DNA from: an uncultured bacterium
GTDB taxonomy: Bacteria; Patescibacteriota; Patescibacteriia; CAIQCM01
Direction of reading: 5' to 3'
Assembly: GCA_963708045.1 (NCBI GenBank)
Contig: OY970181.1
Span: 451,740 to 515,739 of the forward strand
DNA: 64,000 bases
Positions 10,817 through 22,101 of this stretch are shown piece by piece (positions within the stretch are counted from its first letter, which is position 1; each line of letters opens with the position of its first letter). The notes below the pieces were generated by a model that ran no database searches, was not told the DNA's origin, and saw only the letters and a program-made list of their open reading frames with translations. Position numbers and translations under genes: made by a program.

Positions 10817-13800
10817 ATGAATTATTTTAAAAACAAAAAAAATTTTCTGGCCTTGGCGGCTATATTGTTAGTTGTTCTAAGTTGTGGTTTTGTTTTTCCA
10901 AAACAAGCGGCTGCGATTCCGGTAGAGGTCACCGTGGACGCGCAGGCAACGCAAGAACAAATAATGAACAAAGCGGTAGACGCGACCATGGACAGTTGGA
11001 AACTCGCAACGACGCAGGCGCTTATAACGGCTTTGGATATGGCCACGCAAACAATGGCAAAAAATTATGCCACCTGGCTTGCGACCGGCGGCGCCTCGCG
11101 TAGTCCGCTCGCCTGGCTCAAGTCGCTTGGCAAAATTGCTGGCGATTCGTATGCTAACGCGGCCTCGGATTTTTTAAATACCTTAGCCGTTAAATACACT
11201 GGCTACGGCCTTTGTCAACCAGTTGACCCGCAGATAACTCTTAATATTAAATTAGGAATTTTCCGCGATCTTCAGCCGTCCAAGCCAAAATGTACATGGA
11301 ATCAGCTTTCAAAAAATTACGATACGATGAAGAACACGCTTCAGACCGGAGCTTTTCTTAAGAATTTCTCCGTGGCTTTTCAGCCGGCGCAAAATGATAT
11401 TGATAACGCGCTAACTTTACACTATGCCGCGCGCAATGAAGCGCAAAAAACCAGCAGTCTTACTATTTTAGACGCGACTAAAGCCGGCGGCTTTTCTGAT
11501 TTGACCAGTCTGATTTCTGGCGATATAAAAACGCCGGCGTCAATGATTCAGGAAAATTTGTCCATCGTTGAAAAATCGGCCGATGACACCAACAAGCATA
11601 AATTTGAAGCAACAATCGGCGCTGTTGACGTGATGAAAAGCGCAGCGTCGGGTATTGCCGCGAACGCCGGAAAAATGTTTTTAAATACTCTATCCACTAA
11701 GTTGGTTGATAAATATACCAAAGGGGGAATGTTTTCGCTTGCCGGCGCGATTTGCGCAACTAGGCTTGCGGGTGAACTTGACGTATGCAAAAAAAACGGC
11801 GACTCCGGCGTTCCGGATACGGTCGCGCTTGGCGCTAACGCCGTTGCTTTGGCCGACGCTTACTACACGTCAATTTTTACCGCAACGCCAAGCACTAATT
11901 CGGACTATAGTTTGTTGGCTGATCTAATTGCTTGTCCTGACGGTGTGGCGCGCAACGTTTATAATTGCGCTATGGATCAGCAATTTGCAAACGCGCTTCA
12001 AAAACAAACCACGGGCGGTTATTTGACCGTTGAACGAGCTCTTCTTCAGGGCATTATTCCCAATAATGCCATTATTGGAAAAGGAAATCCTGACGATGGG
12101 ACGCGTGAGTGTTATACCAAAGGATATTGTTATACCAATTTGCGAAAATTGCGCCGCGCGGACATTGTTCCTGTCGGTTGGGAGTTGGCGGCTGAGGCAA
12201 TCGGCACCAGACAAGGCGTAACGCTGAGAGAGGTAATGTCAAGATTTAATGATTGTAATTCATCGGGCAGCATTGATGGGACACATCCATATTGTCACCT
12301 GATTGATCCAGATTGGGTTTTAAAAATACCGCTTGAACGATGTAATGCGCTTGTGAGTGGTCAGACGCTTGAAGCAACCGGCGCCCCTGATCGCGCCCAA
12401 GTCTGTACCGATGTTAGTACTTGTATTTCTGAAGATACAAACGGCAAGTGCACTGGCGGATATGGATACTGCACGCGGGAAAAGGGTGGTTGGTCAGTTA
12501 ATGCCGATTCGTGTCCGTCGCAATATGGAAGTTGTGAAGCTTACGCTAAAACCAACGTTGCTGATGGTGAAGTTGATCAAAACGGCGCTTGGCTTTCAAA
12601 TACTTTAGACGCCAAAGCGTGCACGGCCACGACCGCTGGTTGTCGCGCCTTTGCTATTAATAAAAGTTTTGGGAAATGGGTTGACAACAAGCGTCTTTAT
12701 ATAACTTCATCGGCGCCAGTTTGCGAAGCTTCGGCCGCTGGTTGCGCAGCCCTCCAAGACGCCGCAACAACTTCAACACGTAATTTAATTTCCAACCCGA
12801 GTTTTGAAAACGCGCGCGCCGACGGACTTGCCGTTAGTTGGCTTGGTTTGGGCGGCGCTTATGTTGCGAGTGACGTTGTTAATGCTTTTGACGGCAAGGC
12901 GTCTTATCATGTTCAAGGCGATGGGCTTAAGCTCGGCGGTTATAATTACGGCCAACCTACCGACGCCGATCATTATGGCGAAGTTGTTGTCCAGCCAAAG
13001 TCGGTTTACACGTTTTCTTTTTACGCCAAAGGCAGTGGTACGGGCACGCTCACAATGAAGGCTTTTGATTCGCCTTTTTACGGAGCTGATCATGCTTGCG
13101 ACAATGGCACAAATACCACCAAACCGTCTTGTCTTCAAAATATGACGGCGGATGTTGGGATTCTTCCAGCTTGTGCAACAACCGGTTCGGGAGCTGTAAG
13201 CTGTACGATTATTGATAATTTTGATTTTGGAACTGCGGTTCCAAAATCCGCTTTTGGTTTTAACTTCCCGCTATCTTCCGGCTATGAGCGTTACACGATG
13301 ACTTTTGCCACCTCAAGTAATACTCACTATCTAGATTTCCTCTTCAATGGCGGTGATTTTTATCTGGACGCCATTCAACTGGAACTTGCGCCGTCGGCAA
13401 CAACTTTTCACGTTGGTGGATCGGATTTAAATGGTACGACGTCTAATATAAAAATTCCGCCGGCCTACTTAAAATGTTCTGGCGATGAAAAAACTGATCC
13501 TGCTGATTGTAAAAAATACGCCGCCGCCTGTCGCGCCACCGAAGCTGGTTGCGATGGTTTTACACCAGTTCTTGGTGGAACCACAATCCCAGGCGTTGTG
13601 AATGCTACCGATATTTGTCCGGCGGTTTGTGTTGGTTACAGTACGTTTAAACAGGAGGCGACGCAGTGGGAAGTGACAGCTACCGATACGGTGCGTTTTC
13701 CAAAATATTTTATTCCGTCAACTGGAAAATCTTGTTCGCTTCCTGACGTTGGTTGCGATGAGTTTACTAATTTAGAAAAAGTCGCCGCGGGTGGCGAATC

Positions 13801-16800
13801 AAAAAATTATTTTACTTTCCTTCGCGCCTGTCGCAAGTCTGATCAGGCGAACGAATCCACCTTCTTTATTTGGGAAGGCTCTGACACCTCTGGTTATCAA
13901 CTTAAGTCGTTTGTTCTGCGTACTGGCCCCGCGACCGACACGCGAATGAGTATTGTAAGCGCGGCGGGAGATACGTCGCCCGCAAACGGACCGACTTATA
14001 TTCGCACGACTGACGCGTCCAAATGTTCGTCGGCGATTGTTAATCTAGCGGCGACTGATCCCAATTACAATCCTGATTGTCGTGAATTTATTAACGCCAA
14101 TGGCGATCGTTATTATCGTCTGCTTTCGCGAACGATTAGCTCCACCGATGAGTGCAATAATTTCCGCAAAACAATTTCTGCTGAGGCTGATTGTGTTGGC
14201 ACGGGCGGTATTTGGGATGCAAACAGTTGTACATACGAAGGTTTGTCAGCGGAAAGCATAACCTGCCAAGCGCAAGTCAACGGTTGTCGTCTTTACACCG
14301 GTAATAACGGCGCCAACACCGAAACGATTTTGTTTGATGATTTTGAAAGCGGTTCAAACGGCTGGGTCGGTGGACAAATTTCTGGCGAAGCAACGGTTGT
14401 TGGCGGGCATTCGCTTGCATCGTCAAACGTACCGCCCAACGGAACCGTTGACGCGATAGCCTATAAACCCCTTGTTGGTGTTGACGGAACAAGTATCCTT
14501 AAAAAGGGGAAATCTTACACGGTGACCGTTTGGGCAAAGGGAAAGGGCAGTTTTGGTGCAGGGATTCTTCCTAATTCTAGGAATTTTGGCGGTGGGAAAA
14601 TTTATATTTTAAATGGTGATTATTCAAATACTTTGGCTTTGACGTCCAATTGGCAAAGATATGTTTTGGGACCGGTCTTTATTGATTCGGATTTGTCTAG
14701 CGAGGCAGTTCTTAATTTTTTCTTTGCTGGGAAAAATATTAACGATATTGATTATCTTGACAATATAGAAATTACGGCAACAAATGGCCAGTTTGCGATT
14801 GTTAAGGATTCGTGGAAAACGCCGGACGTTTGCGATAAGACCGTGGACGGCGCGCCTTTGCCGCAAGCTCAGCTTGGTTGCGCCGCTTACAATAATACCG
14901 CCGGCACGATTACCAATCTTAAATCGTTTACCAGCCTTTGCCGGAACAGTGCCATTGGCTGCAAGGCATTTATTGATCGCGCGGGCACAGTCTCGCCGTT
15001 TACTGGTTCGTATAATGTTCGTTGCGAAACCGCGAGCTCGGCCGATGTTCTTGTTTCCACACCATGCGTGATTGGTACAGAAACGCTTTGCACAATTTCG
15101 GCCAATAGCTCTTTCTGTCGCTTTAACAAAGATGGAATTTTGCCCGCGAGCACGCCGGCCTTTAAGATTGTAAGCAATGTTGGCAACGCCGCCGCTCCTG
15201 ATATTTTTGCTGTCCCCGCCGACACAATACGTTACTTTGTTGCCAAAGAAGAAAATAATTGCGAACGCGCGGCCGTCGGTTGCACTGAGCTTGGCAAAAT
15301 TGAATACGGAAAAACTTCCACCTGTACGCTCGCGGGGGGAGTAGTCTGTAATGTAAAAAGTGGCTGTGCTTGCACCGGTGTTTCTGATAGTATCTTGCAA
15401 ACAAAAACCAATCCGGCAGTCGCCTGTTTTGTGGCTAAAGGTGATACCTCCTGTACTTATTCTGTTGATCCAAACAAGCCTTCATTTCCTGCAAGTTCGG
15501 TTTACCGAATTGTAAAACCCGATAATTTTGCCAAAGGCGATTTGTGTAACGCCGACGCGGTTGGTTGCGATGCATGGACGTCTGGCGCTGGCACGACTCA
15601 ATACTTTAAAAATCCGGGCGATGTTCTTTGTGAATATAAAAGCAACGTCATTGTGGCTGGAACAGAATCAAGCGGTTGGTTTAAGAAAAATTCAAACGAA
15701 CCGTGCGATCCAAAATTTGTCGTTACCGGTTCAACCTTTGGGATTCACAAAAATCTTGATGAGTACTATGCCAATTTTGCTGGCGTTTGTATAACGTCGG
15801 CGGCCGGTTGTACCGAATATCGCGACACCTTTGACCAATCGGTGCTTGGTGGTAAGTCATACTTCTTTATTAAAAACAACAAGATTACCGACGCGTCGGC
15901 AAACTGTGCCAAAGGTGCTTCCAATAAAAAAGGCTGCGTTCTCTTTAATGATCAGTCAAACCCGAGCGCGATTTGGAATGCCGCCGCGACTTATGACGCG
16001 AGCGCCAAAAATAATTTTGATTTTACGCCGCCAGTTTCTACCGCTGGAACAGCGACACCAAATGACGCCAATATTGTGCTTGAAGCCCAACTTGACCGTA
16101 CTTGTTCCGAATGGTTGGAGTGTAACAGTTGGGAAACGGTTAAAAATTCGGCAAACGGGCAAACGGTTTCGCAATGCTTGTCGCTGGGCTCGTGTATAGA
16201 AAAAGACGCGAACGGAAACTGCGCCAAGTGGCAAGACAACGGTGTTGGCACATTGCTGGCCGAAACTTATGCTAGCCGGCCGGTGGTTTTTGGTTCGCCG
16301 GACTTTACAGGTTATTCCGCCCCGGGTCTTGGATCACTCGGTACGGCGCGGCAGATTATTGCGAGTGTTGGCGCGGATTATGCTGGCAACGCGCTTTCGG
16401 TTTCCGGAAAGAATTTTGCCCAATCCTGCAAGTCATATCCCGAAGCCAGTGCGCCGTTTTCCCAAGGCTTGGCGCCAAAAGGCGGAAATGTTTGCGACTT
16501 GCCAAATGGTAATCCGACCGGAAAAACTTGCGACTGTTCGTATCGCAAAGTTTCTTACAGTGGTGGTCTTAATAAATATTTCCCACCTACAGCCGAAACC
16601 AGTGATTATCCAATTAGGGGACAGGTTTTGCTTCAGCCGGCGGAAATTCCTTCGGCGGTTTGTGTTGGTGGTGCTGTGGAAAAAGAGGGTAAAAAGTGTA
16701 ACCCGCTTGCCGCGGATCAAGAAAACGAGTGTCCCGACGGAACTTGCACTAAGATTTCAAAAATTGAGTCGGTGATTGGCGGAAAAGGATATTGCTTGGA

Positions 16801-19393
16801 GTATGACTCGTCTATTGGCAGTGGGACAATGGTGAATGGGGTAGACCCGGGCGCTTGCCTCACTTGGTTCCCAATTGATCAGCCAAACGGCAAGGATATT
16901 CTTAATCAATTTGCTTCAGCCGCTTTTGTCCCAAATCCGGGTCAGGAACGCTATTGCGCCGCCCCGCTTAAAGCCTGTGGTGCCGACCTTTGCGACAATG
17001 GCAGTGAACAATATAACTTCTGCAAAAAAATTAAAAAAACTCAATACAGCGTTCCGCCTCCGATAGGTGGATATAAAGATGGTGGCAGTTGCGCGAACAG
17101 TGTTAATTATCCAAGCGATTGCGGTGCTGAAACACCCTCGCCGTGGTGCGACAATACTGCACGGAAGAACACAAAAATAACTGATGCCGGAAGTAAGAGT
17201 ATGTGCAGTTATATGATTAGCCAGGCTTGTTCCGTGGCTGGCGCTCAAACGGTTTGTCAAAATAATATTAAAAAAGCATATCCAGATCAGTGTGGTACCG
17301 ATGCGAATTTTGATGATGTTTATGGTGGGGATAATTTTCATCAAGACTGTTTTGATATGCGCGAGTCTTGCGTTAATAGTCCGTTTTTAAGATCGACCAA
17401 CTGTCAATCGCTGATTGCCCCTGGTGCTGATTGTGACGATCTTAAACGCAAAGATACGCCAGAACAGGTTATAACCAATGAGCTAATTCAAGCGCGCATT
17501 ATTACCTGCGCCGTGCTGATTGGCGCTAGCGTTTGTTTGCCAGTAACGCCAGCACAATGCGAAAGCTTGGGCAAAATATATTGCACCAATGACAGCGAAT
17601 GCAAGGCCTCGGTGCCAAGCGCCAGCTGTCAGGCGGTTAAGGAAATTGCCGTTAATAATACTGAATATACGGCCAATGAATTTGGCAAAGGAACAGTAAA
17701 TAGTCCCGACCATAATGCTTATGACTATCCGCCAAACGCCCACTCGCTTGGTTGGTCAACAGAAATGAATAGCAACGGAAATAATAAAGCCTACACGGTT
17801 GATGGTGTTTTGCAGTTTGCCGTTAGCACGGCACCCGAAAGTGTTTCCGGTCCGTGGTCAGACTATAAGAGTAATGATGATAGCGGTAGCAAAAGACAGC
17901 CAGTTGATTTTGAAACCGGACATATCATTAGCGGTTATCCGGCCGATTTTACGGGAATGTATTATATAACCGAAAAAGAAATGGGCACGGTTAATTATGA
18001 TTTGGTTTATCCAGCGCTTCTTCTCCAAAGCCAGCTTTCGCACATTACAATTGCTGTTGCCTCTAAGCAGAACGAACTTTCTAATATTTGTTCTTCGGAT
18101 TTTTCTTGGACAAAGTTTGGTTTGGCTGTCGGTGCGGGTAATGGTTTAGGGGTCTTTATTTCGCCGGTTACGATTGTTGTTGGTTTGTTTGCTGGTTGGT
18201 TTTGGGACAGCGAATGTTCACACCTAAACCTTGGCTATACTTTTTATAGCAATAACGATGATGAGAATTTTACCAAAAATTTTGCCGTGCTAAGCACTTC
18301 AAACGGCTGGTCGGCAACGCTCGCTGGTAAAGAAGGTAACGCAACCTTTAAAGCCTTGTTTAGTAATACCACACCGGTTCGTCTTACCGGAATGCGTGTG
18401 GAATTTCTTGATAATGTCACTAAGGGCTACTTTTACATTAACGGCGCTAATTATCACCTAGAAGACCGGCGTGATGGTAAAGACCAAAACAAGGTTGACT
18501 CGCCAGCCTGCGGCCTAGCTGGCTATATTGGTTCTTCAAACCCACAAGCGGAAAAAAATATTCCAACCGCTTTTACCAATCGTCTTAATTCAATTAAAAA
18601 TTACGACGCTTCGGTTACGGCTTTTGCCGACATAAACGATGCTAGTGGCAAGCCGCCAACAATTACTTATAACAACAAAAATTGTCCCTGGGGTGTCTTT
18701 ACCTACCCCGATCCGGCCTCTATTATTTTGGATAGCACGATAAACAGCGGCACGCGCACCCAGTGTCAGTTTGGCAAGGGCGCGATCTTTAGTTCGTGGG
18801 GCGCGCTTAAGCGTTTGTATCAAAATATTTGGGATTGGCGTTTGTTTAACGAAGACCCGGTTGGTTCCGACCCAACTGGCGTTAAGCCCGGCGGCTTTGC
18901 CTTTACTCAGCCTTATAATTCCAACGGTTTGCCGATTGATAATTCTGGCACCTCGCCAGCTGACAGTGGGATTAATGGTTCAATGCCAAGTGTAAGCAAT
19001 ATAAAAATTAACGGCTCGGGTGATCCGGTTAATGCGGTTGCGCCGTTTAAGGCTGACCTAAAGTTTTATGCTGGCGCCGACGCCAACCATATGCCGCTTC
19101 GTTCCATTAGAATTGACTGGAACGACGGGACGGTTTATGATTCCGGCATTTATAATTCGTTTAAAAACCATTTGTCTAATTGCGCTGCAAACGACGCGGC
19201 GGCGTCAAGTTTTGCGCTTGCGCCATCGGCTTGCGACACAACGCCATTTTCCTTTTCACATGTTTACACTTGTGCAAGCGACAGTTGTGTTTTTACCCCA
19301 ATCATTACCGTCGGCGACAATTGGCGCATAGGGAACGCTCTTTACACCGCCGTGGCCATTGCCCCGACGATTACCCTTAAAAAAGCCGAGTAG
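10817..19393 (+). CDS. Giant (2858 aa) secreted cysteine-rich surface protein with CBM4/9-like and PKD-like domains
   Basis: Signal peptide, recurring C..AAGC / VGC modules, NLISNPSFE and DDFESG carbohydrate-binding-like starts, C-terminal IDWNDG...FSHVY. Confidence 0.85.
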   Translation: MNYFKNKKNFLALAAILLVVLSCGFVFPKQAAAIPVEVTVDAQATQEQIMNKAVDATMDSWKLATTQALITALDMATQTMAKNYATWLATGGASRSPLAWLKSLGKIAGDSYANAASDFLNTLAVKYTGYGLCQPVDPQITLNIKLGIFRDLQPSKPKCTWNQLSKNYDTMKNTLQTGAFLKNFSVAFQPAQNDIDNALTLHYAARNEAQKTSSLTILDATKAGGFSDLTSLISGDIKTPASMIQENLSIVEKSADDTNKHKFEATIGAVDVMKSAASGIAANAGKMFLNTLSTKLVDKYTKGGMFSLAGAICATRLAGELDVCKKNGDSGVPDTVALGANAVALADAYYTSIFTATPSTNSDYSLLADLIACPDGVARNVYNCAMDQQFANALQKQTTGGYLTVERALLQGIIPNNAIIGKGNPDDGTRECYTKGYCYTNLRKLRRADIVPVGWELAAEAIGTRQGVTLREVMSRFNDCNSSGSIDGTHPYCHLIDPDWVLKIPLERCNALVSGQTLEATGAPDRAQVCTDVSTCISEDTNGKCTGGYGYCTREKGGWSVNADSCPSQYGSCEAYAKTNVADGEVDQNGAWLSNTLDAKACTATTAGCRAFAINKSFGKWVDNKRLYITSSAPVCEASAAGCAALQDAATTSTRNLISNPSFENARADGLAVSWLGLGGAYVASDVVNAFDGKASYHVQGDGLKLGGYNYGQPTDADHYGEVVVQPKSVYTFSFYAKGSGTGTLTMKAFDSPFYGADHACDNGTNTTKPSCLQNMTADVGILPACATTGSGAVSCTIIDNFDFGTAVPKSAFGFNFPLSSGYERYTMTFATSSNTHYLDFLFNGGDFYLDAIQLELAPSATTFHVGGSDLNGTTSNIKIPPAYLKCSGDEKTDPADCKKYAAACRATEAGCDGFTPVLGGTTIPGVVNATDICPAVCVGYSTFKQEATQWEVTATDTVRFPKYFIPSTGKSCSLPDVGCDEFTNLEKVAAGGESKNYFTFLRACRKSDQANESTFFIWEGSDTSGYQLKSFVLRTGPATDTRMSIVSAAGDTSPANGPTYIRTTDASKCSSAIVNLAATDPNYNPDCREFINANGDRYYRLLSRTISSTDECNNFRKTISAEADCVGTGGIWDANSCTYEGLSAESITCQAQVNGCRLYTGNNGANTETILFDDFESGSNGWVGGQISGEATVVGGHSLASSNVPPNGTVDAIAYKPLVGVDGTSILKKGKSYTVTVWAKGKGSFGAGILPNSRNFGGGKIYILNGDYSNTLALTSNWQRYVLGPVFIDSDLSSEAVLNFFFAGKNINDIDYLDNIEITATNGQFAIVKDSWKTPDVCDKTVDGAPLPQAQLGCAAYNNTAGTITNLKSFTSLCRNSAIGCKAFIDRAGTVSPFTGSYNVRCETASSADVLVSTPCVIGTETLCTISANSSFCRFNKDGILPASTPAFKIVSNVGNAAAPDIFAVPADTIRYFVAKEENNCERAAVGCTELGKIEYGKTSTCTLAGGVVCNVKSGCACTGVSDSILQTKTNPAVACFVAKGDTSCTYSVDPNKPSFPASSVYRIVKPDNFAKGDLCNADAVGCDAWTSGAGTTQYFKNPGDVLCEYKSNVIVAGTESSGWFKKNSNEPCDPKFVVTGSTFGIHKNLDEYYANFAGVCITSAAGCTEYRDTFDQSVLGGKSYFFIKNNKITDASANCAKGASNKKGCVLFNDQSNPSAIWNAAATYDASAKNNFDFTPPVSTAGTATPNDANIVLEAQLDRTCSEWLECNSWETVKNSANGQTVSQCLSLGSCIEKDANGNCAKWQDNGVGTLLAETYASRPVVFGSPDFTGYSAPGLGSLGTARQIIASVGADYAGNALSVSGKNFAQSCKSYPEASAPFSQGLAPKGGNVCDLPNGNPTGKTCDCSYRKVSYSGGLNKYFPPTAETSDYPIRGQVLLQPAEIPSAVCVGGAVEKEGKKCNPLAADQENECPDGTCTKISKIESVIGGKGYCLEYDSSIGSGTMVNGVDPGACLTWFPIDQPNGKDILNQFASAAFVPNPGQERYCAAPLKACGADLCDNGSEQYNFCKKIKKTQYSVPPPIGGYKDGGSCANSVNYPSDCGAETPSPWCDNTARKNTKITDAGSKSMCSYMISQACSVAGAQTVCQNNIKKAYPDQCGTDANFDDVYGGDNFHQDCFDMRESCVNSPFLRSTNCQSLIAPGADCDDLKRKDTPEQVITNELIQARIITCAVLIGASVCLPVTPAQCESLGKIYCTNDSECKASVPSASCQAVKEIAVNNTEYTANEFGKGTVNSPDHNAYDYPPNAHSLGWSTEMNSNGNNKAYTVDGVLQFAVSTAPESVSGPWSDYKSNDDSGSKRQPVDFETGHIISGYPADFTGMYYITEKEMGTVNYDLVYPALLLQSQLSHITIAVASKQNELSNICSSDFSWTKFGLAVGAGNGLGVFISPVTIVVGLFAGWFWDSECSHLNLGYTFYSNNDDENFTKNFAVLSTSNGWSATLAGKEGNATFKALFSNTTPVRLTGMRVEFLDNVTKGYFYINGANYHLEDRRDGKDQNKVDSPACGLAGYIGSSNPQAEKNIPTAFTNRLNSIKNYDASVTAFADINDASGKPPTITYNNKNCPWGVFTYPDPASIILDSTINSGTRTQCQFGKGAIFSSWGALKRLYQNIWDWRLFNEDPVGSDPTGVKPGGFAFTQPYNSNGLPIDNSGTSPADSGINGSMPSVSNIKINGSGDPVNAVAPFKADLKFYAGADANHMPLRSIRIDWNDGTVYDSGIYNSFKNHLSNCAANDAAASSFALAPSACDTTPFSFSHVYTCASDSCVFTPIITVGDNWRIGNALYTAVAIAPTITLKKAE

Positions 19394-19396
19394 TCT

Positions 19397-19440
19397 GTTA
19401 TTGCGAGGAGTGAGCCGAAGTGAACGACGTGGCAATCTCC
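19397..19440. repeat. Repeat family B (GTCATTGCGAG...GGCAATCTC palindromic element), copy 1
   Basis: Matches 39152-39196 and 42125-42167. Confidence 0.85.
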
Positions 19441-19448
19441 ACTTTTTT

Positions 19449-19500
19449 CACACCCTCGCCCGAGTGCGGGAGAGGGTGGCCGAAGGCCGGGTGAGGGTGT
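19449..19500. repeat. Repeat family C (CCCTCACCCGGCCTTCGGCCACCCTCTCCC-type REP)
   Basis: Reverse complement matches the in-frame insert in tsaC (~7843-7879); related sequence at 58262-58281. Confidence 0.8.
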
Positions 19501-19621
19501 ACGGCAATCTCAATAAATTTAAAAAACCCCCACACAGTGTTTAATGCTCATCGGATGAGCGCACTGTATGAGGGCTTCTTCGTATCGCTTCAATCATCTT
19601 ATTCCCTTCTTGTTGTTCGGT

Positions 19622-20197
19622 TCAGTTAGAACCGCTTCTTGGTGTCATTGTGAAGATGCCAAGGTGTTCGCCTGTCTTGATGTGGTAGAACTTGCCTTTG
19701 ACCACGAGGTTGATACAACCCGTTGTAAAGTTGTACCAACAGGTCTTGGTAAAATCAACCACTTTGCCTTCAAATCGGCCGTTTCCAATGGTAAACGTCC
19801 ACGAACCGTCTTTGGTGATGTTGCCGGCAAAGTTCGCCGGATCTGATGGCCGACCATTAACTATATCAGCCGTGAATGATCCACCTGTCTGGCTGGTTAC
19901 GTTAAATTCGTAACCGTAGAAGTTGTCGCCAACTTCTTTCTCCATGGCAATTTCCCAAGTGTTCATGGTCAGCGTCAGGTAGCCATCGGTTGTGGTGCTG
20001 GTGGCGGTGCTGGTGTCGGTCGTGATACTGGTGTCAGTGTCGGTTGTGGTGACGCAGTTAGGGCTTGCGCCGCCGGTTCCCTCAACGCAGATCGTTGGGG
20101 GATCGGATCCGTCACCGCCGCATCCGAAAAGGGTTGTGCCGCCAAAGAAGGCAGCGATAAGGATTGCGAATACAACAAACAGATTCTTCTTGAACAT
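19622..20197 (-). CDS. Hypothetical lipoprotein with Thr-rich linker
   Basis: Signal peptide ending LFGC; GGAGG SD; own promoter; hairpin terminator at ~19523-19580. Confidence 0.75.
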   Translation of the reverse strand: MFKKNLFVVFAILIAAFFGGTTLFGCGGDGSDPPTICVEGTGGASPNCVTTTDTDTSITTDTSTATSTTTDGYLTLTMNTWEIAMEKEVGDNFYGYEFNVTSQTGGSFTADIVNGRPSDPANFAGNITKDGSWTFTIGNGRFEGKVVDFTKTCWYNFTTGCINLVVKGKFYHIKTGEHLGIFTMTPRSGSN

Positions 20198-20335
20198 GAT
20201 GTACCTCCGTCTTGGGTTGCAAATCTACCGCCGCTTTTTGGAGCGACGAATTGAAACGATGAATTGTAAAGAGCGCTGAAACGTGTAAATGGCCGTATTA
20301 GCCAGAGTACAATTTCCCGCGTTTAGTGTACTTAA

Positions 20336-20364
20336 ACCATACTCCTATTTCCGGTTTTTGTCAA
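20336..20364 (-). promoter_or_regulatory. sigma70 promoter for the 19622-20197 gene
   Basis: Minus strand TTGACA-17 nt-TATGGT. Confidence 0.7.
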
Positions 20365-20561
20365 GCCTTTTCCCCTCCTTTTTGGCTATTTCTAGTTATT
20401 TTTTTAACATTTTTTCGTCGCCTTTTAAGTTTTTTAGTTTTGTTAGTTTTAATTTAACAATAGTTATATTGCGGAGTTAATTTATAAATCTTTCTTTGCT
20501 AAAACAGCCTGATGATGATACCTTTTTAAGGTATTTACTTTTGGTTCCGTGATTAATTTAC

Positions 20562-22097
20562 ATGAAATTTATTGGCCATAAAAATAAATTTGCTATTTAT
20601 CATATGAATAGCAATAGCTTCCTAGGTGATTGCACCTCTGTTGTTTATCGTCCTAGTAAAAAAGAGATAACAAATGATCATTTATTGGTGAATCACTTAC
20701 TTGTCATTATCAAAAGTCGTGTAGATTTAAAAAAATTACTTACCATTGAAGATATCAGAAAGGCGAATATTTTTGTAAACGATAAACCTGTTTTATTACG
20801 ATTGTCTTCGGAGTGTCTGTTTAGTTCTTTTGGAGATACGCATTGCGACTGCGAGTCACAACGGATTTGTACGCTTCGAGAAATCCATAAATATGGTGAA
20901 GGGATATTTATTCATATACCCCAGGAAGCGCAGGGTAATGGTTTGTTCTATAAGGCAATGGAATTAGAGCTTCAAGTGAACGGGTTTTTGCCTGATGGAA
21001 AATTCGTTGGTCAGAAAAGCGTCACCGAAGCAGCAAAGCTTATGCTGGGTGATTTGAAAAAATTAGATAAAAGAAAGTATTTATCAATAAAAACAGTCTT
21101 TGAAAGTCTGAACCTTCGTAAATATAAGTTCGCGTTGATGAGTGAAAATCCGAAGAAGAAAAAATTTCTTGAAAAAATTTTGGGAGTTAAGATTAGTTCA
21201 ACATACAAGGTCAAGGGTCATATAACCATTGAAAATATCGGAGAATATTTGTCCAAGCTTTATTCAAAAAGTTTTGTTTTGTCCGACGAAGAGCTAAAGG
21301 ATATATACGGTATCATTAATTCAAGTAAAGAAATTCCAGAGCGAGCCGCCTCTGTATTGCGTTTCATTAGCGAGGATATAAAACTAGGAAAACATTTTAA
21401 TGCTAATGGCGAATTATTGGAACATTTGATCGGGCTACTCAACATTAAGAAAAAACGCGAGTTGATTCAGGGTCTCGATCTTTTTCAAGACTCGGAAGCT
21501 TATGAGGAATACCACACGGAACTACGCATTGATACTGATGGCTTGGAAAAACTGTTCAAGTCTGGGATATTGATAAGTGATGAATTGTTGCGTTATGAAG
21601 AGAACTTTTTTTACGACCTGCCTTACTTCTCATTAATTCCTTGCCGGACTCTTAAAATACGAAAAGCGTTCAAATTGAATGACCTCAAACATCCATTACA
21701 ATGCGAGTTAATCTATAAAATCCCAATCAAAGACAAAAATAATTTGATCAAGTGTATTGGGATTGATAATGAAGATATTATCAATTTAATTGATGTTTCC
21801 CTTAAGGATTATAATGTTCATGCTTTGCCTGTTTTTACGCATAAGGTAGTAAATAAATCTAAAAACATAAAAACTTTGATCAAACGGTATTCACATGACT
21901 TGCGGGTCTTGAGCCTGATGGGAGAAAAGAACGAGGTTGATATTTTAATGAACGAAATTAATAAACTACTAAAGACTTCGGAAATCAACATACTTTCTGA
22001 TCAGAGCCATGCAAATGCTAAGACGCCTACTAACTTCAATTGGAATAAATTAGCGCTTGAGGAAACTAATTTCTATAAAAAATATTTCATTGGTTAA
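20562..22097 (+). CDS. Divergent GTP cyclohydrolase II (RibA-like) domain fused to a degenerate CYTH-like domain
   Basis: LRLSSECL...HCDC Zn motif, QEAQGNGL..K, DKRKY, LMSENPKK; C-terminal EYHTELRI / EENFFYD / TLKIRK / LIYK pattern. Confidence 0.8.
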   Translation: MKFIGHKNKFAIYHMNSNSFLGDCTSVVYRPSKKEITNDHLLVNHLLVIIKSRVDLKKLLTIEDIRKANIFVNDKPVLLRLSSECLFSSFGDTHCDCESQRICTLREIHKYGEGIFIHIPQEAQGNGLFYKAMELELQVNGFLPDGKFVGQKSVTEAAKLMLGDLKKLDKRKYLSIKTVFESLNLRKYKFALMSENPKKKKFLEKILGVKISSTYKVKGHITIENIGEYLSKLYSKSFVLSDEELKDIYGIINSSKEIPERAASVLRFISEDIKLGKHFNANGELLEHLIGLLNIKKKRELIQGLDLFQDSEAYEEYHTELRIDTDGLEKLFKSGILISDELLRYEENFFYDLPYFSLIPCRTLKIRKAFKLNDLKHPLQCELIYKIPIKDKNNLIKCIGIDNEDIINLIDVSLKDYNVHALPVFTHKVVNKSKNIKTLIKRYSHDLRVLSLMGEKNEVDILMNEINKLLKTSEINILSDQSHANAKTPTNFNWNKLALEETNFYKKYFIG

Positions 22098-22101
22098 AAT
22101 T

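Noticed and set aside
20562-22097. Ordinary ribA of riboflavin biosynthesis
   Set aside because: Key residues are substituted, there is an extra C-terminal domain, and no ribB/D/E/H is nearby.
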